A stretch of DNA of 64,000 bases from an uncultured Spirochaetota bacterium (GTDB lineage Bacteria; Spirochaetota; Spirochaetia; SZUA-6; CAVTHK01): assembly GCA_963734495.1 (NCBI GenBank), contig CAVTHK010000005.1:96001-160000 (forward strand). The letters are read 5' to 3'. How positions within the stretch are numbered: position 1 is the first letter of the stretch; the number at the start of each line of letters is the position of its first letter. The notes beneath the pieces were generated by a model. That model was not told where the DNA came from. It made no database searches and worked only from the letters and a program-made list of their open reading frames with translations. A program made the translations under genes and the position numbers. Positions 60,347-64,000 of the stretch are shown here, one piece after another.

Positions 60347-62004
60347 GTCGCCTCCCTCACCCGGCCGCCTTCCAGCAGCAGGATCCGGTCCGCCGCCTCC
60401 GCGGTGGCGGACCGGTGCGTCGCGACGATCACCGTGCGGCCCTCGGAGAGCCTGCGGATGCCGCGGCCGACCAGGCGCGCGCTCTCGGCGTCCAGATGCG
60501 CCGTCGGCTCATCGAGCAGCACCAGGTCGGGCGACCGCAGGAACAGCCTTGCCAGCGCCACGCGCTGGACCTGGCCCGCCGACAGTCCCTGTCCGCCCTC
60601 GCCGACGCGCGTCTCGAGGCGCGAGGGCAGCCCTGCGGCGATCTCGTCGACGCCTGCCAGGCGCGCCGCCTCCTCGACCTCGCGATCGCTCGCGGAGAGG
60701 CGGCCGAGGCGGATGTTCTCGCGGAGCGTGCCGTGGAAGAGGGTCGGCGCCTGCGGGAGCCACGCCACCCGCTCGAGCCACCGGGCGCGGTCGAGGGCCG
60801 CCAGCGGGAGAGCGTCGATCATGACCGCGCCCTCCTGAGGGGACACGAAGCCGAGCAGCAGGCTCAAGATCGTCGACTTGCCGGCCCCGCTCGGGCCGCA
60901 CAAGGCGACGTGCTCGCCCGCGTCCACGGCGAACGCGGCCCCGTCGAGCACCGTTCCCCTCGCGGTGGAGAACGACACGCGGTCGAACACAACCCTGGGC
61001 GCGCCCGGCGGCTGCGGCCGGCCCGCCGGCGCGACCGCGTGAACGGGCCGCGGAGCCGCGCCGCCGGCTTCGAGCAGGTTCCGGATGTGCTCGGCCGCGC
61101 TCGCCGCCTCCATGCGCGAATGGTAAAGAGCGCCCAGCGAGCGGAGCGTCAGGAAGTACTCCGGCGCGGCCAGCAGGACGAAGTAGCCCGGCGCGAACCG
61201 CATGGAGCCGGCGAGCAGGCGCAGCCCGCACGCCACGGCGACGACGGCGATGCTGACCGTGGAGATCAGCTCGAGCATGAACGAGGAGACAAAGGCGATC
61301 CTGAGGGCGGACATCGCGGTCCTCCGGTACTCGTCGGAGCTCCGCGCGATCTCCGCGGCCTCGCGCCTGGCCGCGCCGAACATTTTGAGGGTTGGCAGGC
61401 CCTGAAGGGCGTCGAGAAAGCGGCCGCTCATGTCCGCGAGCCTGGCCCAGACGCGCCGGTAGCGCGCGTGCGATTCCTCGCCGACGACGATCATGCTGAG
61501 CGGCAGGAAGACCGCCGTGAGCACCAGCACGAGCCCGGACAGCCAGTCGAGGGGAAACACGACCGCGAGGATGGTAAAGGGAAGCAGCGTCGCGATGGCC
61601 CGCTGGGGCAGGTACTTCGCGTAGTAGGGCTCGAGCGCCTCGACCCCGTCGACGACGGTATTGGCGATCTCGCCCGCGTGCATGGCCGACAGCGCGACGG
61701 GGCCCAGGTCCCGAAGGTGCGCCGCCAGCTCGGCGCGCAGCGCGCGCTTCGCGCCCGACGCGCACTCGAAGGCCGCCCGCCGCGAGCCCCACGTGACCGC
61801 CGCGCGGGCGGCGACCACCGCGACGAAGGCGGCAAAGAACGGCGTCAGGACGGAGAGGCTGTCGCCCGCGAACATCACGCCGTCGCCGATGCGCACCAGG
61901 AGCCCCGTCTGCAGGATCATGAGGATCCCCGACGCCTCGCCGAGGGCGACGGCGGACACGAGCGTTCCGCGCCCGGCTCGCCGCCGAAGCCACGTGTCTT
62001 TCAT
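60343..62004 (-). CDS. cydD: Thiol reductant ABC exporter subunit CydD
   Basis: YYAKYLPQ, FLDALQGLPTLK, LRIAFVSS, APEYF, LDEPTAHLD. Confidence 0.92.
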   Translation of the reverse strand: MKDTWLRRRAGRGTLVSAVALGEASGILMILQTGLLVRIGDGVMFAGDSLSVLTPFFAAFVAVVAARAAVTWGSRRAAFECASGAKRALRAELAAHLRDLGPVALSAMHAGEIANTVVDGVEALEPYYAKYLPQRAIATLLPFTILAVVFPLDWLSGLVLVLTAVFLPLSMIVVGEESHARYRRVWARLADMSGRFLDALQGLPTLKMFGAARREAAEIARSSDEYRRTAMSALRIAFVSSFMLELISTVSIAVVAVACGLRLLAGSMRFAPGYFVLLAAPEYFLTLRSLGALYHSRMEAASAAEHIRNLLEAGGAAPRPVHAVAPAGRPQPPGAPRVVFDRVSFSTARGTVLDGAAFAVDAGEHVALCGPSGAGKSTILSLLLGFVSPQEGAVMIDALPLAALDRARWLERVAWLPQAPTLFHGTLRENIRLGRLSASDREVEEAARLAGVDEIAAGLPSRLETRVGEGGQGLSAGQVQRVALARLFLRSPDLVLLDEPTAHLDAESARLVGRGIRRLSEGRTVIVATHRSATAEAADRILLLEGGRVREAT

Positions 62005-62084
62005 CCCGGTGAACGAGTCTATCGCCGTTGGTTGACAACGGGAAGCCTGGCGTGCTACCGGAATCGAAAAACGGGGAGGCAACA

Positions 62085-63392
62085 ATGAACGTGGCCGCGC
62101 TCTCCCGCATCCAGTTCGCGACCGTTGCCCTCTTTCATTTCCTCTTCGTGCCCCTCACCCTCGGACTCACGGTCATGGTCGCCTTTATGGAGACGCGATT
62201 CGCGCGCACGGGCGATGAGACCTGGGCCCGGATGGCCTCGTACTGGGGCAGGCTGCTCCTCGTGAATTTCGCCGTGGGCGTCGTGACGGGGATCACGCTG
62301 GAGTTCCAGTTCGGCATGAACTGGGCGGAGTACTCCAAATTCGTGGGCGACATCTTCGGCGCCCCCCTCGCGATCGAAGCCGTCGTCGCCTTCTTCCTCG
62401 AGTCGACCTTTATCGGGCTGTGGATGTTCAGCCGCAGCCGGGTGTCCAAGGGGGTGCACGCCGCGATCATGTGGGTGGTGGCCACGGCGAGCTCACTCTC
62501 CGCGGTCTGGATCCTGGTCGCCAACGGCTGGATGCAGAACCCGCGCGGGTACGTCATCGCCGGAGGCAGGGCGCAGCTCGCGAGCTTCGGCGCGCTCCTC
62601 GCCAGCCCCTACTCGTGGATCAAGGTCTTCCACGTGCTCTCGGCCGCCTACACGCTCACGGGCTTCTTCATCATGGGGATCTCCTCGATCAATATCCTGC
62701 GCCGCCGGGGGCCGGAGCTCTTTCGCAGGTCCTTCAAGATCGGCGCCACGTTCGCCCTGGGCTTCTCGGTTCTCACGGTCTTCTCGGGCGACCTGTCGGG
62801 GCGGCAGGTCGCGAAGTACCAGCCGACCAAGCTCGCCGCGATCGAATCGCAGTGGAAGACCGAGGCCCGCGCCCCGTTCCACATCGTGCAGTGGCCGGAC
62901 GTAAAGCGGGAGCGCAACGCGGTCGAGGCGCTCGCGATCCCCGGAGCGCTCAGCTGGCTCGCCTACGGCAACGTGAACGCGACGGTCAAGGGGCTCTCGG
63001 ACTTCCCGCCCGACGAGCGGCCGCCCATCATCGCGCCGTTCCTCGCTTTCAGGGCCATGGTGGCGCTCGGCTTCCTCTTCGCGCTGCTCGCCCTCGTCGC
63101 CGCGTTCCTCGCGTGGCGCGGGGACCTCGCGCCCCATCGCTGGTTCCTGCGGATCATGACGGTTGCCATGGCGCTGCCGTACCTCAGCTGCGAGATCGGC
63201 TGGGTCGTGGCCGAGCTCGGCAGGCAGCCCTGGATCGTCTACGGGCTCCTGCGCACGCAGGATGCCGTGTCCCGCTCCCTCACCCCCGCGGATCTGCTGA
63301 TCTCGCTCATCGGCTTCCTTGTCGTCTACGGAACGCTCGCGGCCGTGGACGTCTTTCTGCTCGCCAGGTACGCCCGGCGAACCGAGGAGTAG
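62085..63392 (+). CDS. cydA: Cytochrome bd oxidase subunit I
   Basis: FHFLFVP, FQFGMNW, AFFLES, QPTKLAAIE, ELGRQPW. Confidence 0.95.
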   Translation: MNVAALSRIQFATVALFHFLFVPLTLGLTVMVAFMETRFARTGDETWARMASYWGRLLLVNFAVGVVTGITLEFQFGMNWAEYSKFVGDIFGAPLAIEAVVAFFLESTFIGLWMFSRSRVSKGVHAAIMWVVATASSLSAVWILVANGWMQNPRGYVIAGGRAQLASFGALLASPYSWIKVFHVLSAAYTLTGFFIMGISSINILRRRGPELFRRSFKIGATFALGFSVLTVFSGDLSGRQVAKYQPTKLAAIESQWKTEARAPFHIVQWPDVKRERNAVEALAIPGALSWLAYGNVNATVKGLSDFPPDERPPIIAPFLAFRAMVALGFLFALLALVAAFLAWRGDLAPHRWFLRIMTVAMALPYLSCEIGWVVAELGRQPWIVYGLLRTQDAVSRSLTPADLLISLIGFLVVYGTLAAVDVFLLARYARRTEE

Positions 63393-63404
63393 GAGGCGGT
63401 TGCC

Positions 63405-64000
63405 ATGACCCTGCAGGTGCTGTGGTTCGTGCTCTGGGCGCTCCTCTGGGCCGTCTACTTCACGCTCGACGGCTTCGACTTCGGCGTCTCGATGCTGCGC
63501 AACTTCGTGGCGAGGGACGAGAGGGAGCGCGGCATCGCCTTGAACGCGATCGGCCCCGTCTGGAACGGCAACGAGGTCTGGCTGATCACCGCCGGCGGCG
63601 CGACGTTCGCGGCGTTCCCGGCGGCCTACGCCTCGATGTTCAGCTTTCTCTACCTCCCGATGCTGCTCATCCTGTTCTCCCTCATCGCGCGCGGGGTCGC
63701 GATGGAGTTCCGCGGAAAGCACGACGCGCCGCGATGGCGGGCGGTCTGGGACCGGGTGCTCGCCGTCTCCAGCCTGGGGGCGCCGCTCGTCCTCGGCCTG
63801 GGCTTCGGCAACATATTCCAGGGGCTGCCGTTCGACAGCTCCGGCTACCGCGGCGGCTTCTGGATGCTGTTCAACCCCTACGGCCTCCTCACGGCCGCGC
63901 TCTTCGTGCTGCTGTTCCTGCAGCACGGCGCGCTGTGGCTCGCTCTCAAGAGCGAAGGCGATCTGTCCGCGCGCTGCCGCAGGGTCGCCGCGGTCCTGTG
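63405..64000 (+). CDS. cydB: Cytochrome bd oxidase subunit II, 3' end outside window
   Basis: Manual translation MTLQVLWF...LDGFDFG...IGPVWNGNEVWLITAGGATFAAFP. Confidence 0.93.
   Translation, partial: MTLQVLWFVLWALLWAVYFTLDGFDFGVSMLRNFVARDERERGIALNAIGPVWNGNEVWLITAGGATFAAFPAAYASMFSFLYLPMLLILFSLIARGVAMEFRGKHDAPRWRAVWDRVLAVSSLGAPLVLGLGFGNIFQGLPFDSSGYRGGFWMLFNPYGLLTAALFVLLFLQHGALWLALKSEGDLSARCRRVAAVL

Overview
High-GC bacterial chromosomal DNA, densely coding, about 50 genes. It is probably from a free-living Spirochaetota-like organism; this is an inference from signal peptides such as LFATGGQE. I see no rRNA, tRNA, CRISPR array, transposase or phage genes. About 14 genes are split by single-base indels, nearly all net +1, which looks like long-read consensus error. 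Content in order: (1) a glycoside/sugar-acid cluster (two URO-D-like genes, GH2, RpiB, LarA-like, acyltransferase, GH38, sugar ABC importer); (2) an ABC exporter, FTR1 iron permease plus DtxR regulator, and DNA pol II plus ATL; (3) a hexuronate operon deoR-pfp-SDR-uxaE-uxaC-ltaE; (4) HAD-LarA(GntE-like)-gnd; (5) a SigK/RskA module; (6) larCEB nickel-pincer cofactor genes; (7) amtB-glnK-glnD with a sigma54 promoter; (8) cydDC and cydAB. Four observations stand out. The first is an apparent regulon routing uronates through a nickel-pincer epimerase to Gnd, linked by a shared 36-bp operator, with a HAD protein where a gluconate kinase would be expected. The second is a 3'-UTR RNA element found twice with the same fold but different stem sequences, each copy carrying two CsrA/RsmA-type CANGGANG loops. 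The third is a 76-bp dispersed repeat with a compensatory base pair. The fourth is several apparently leaderless genes.
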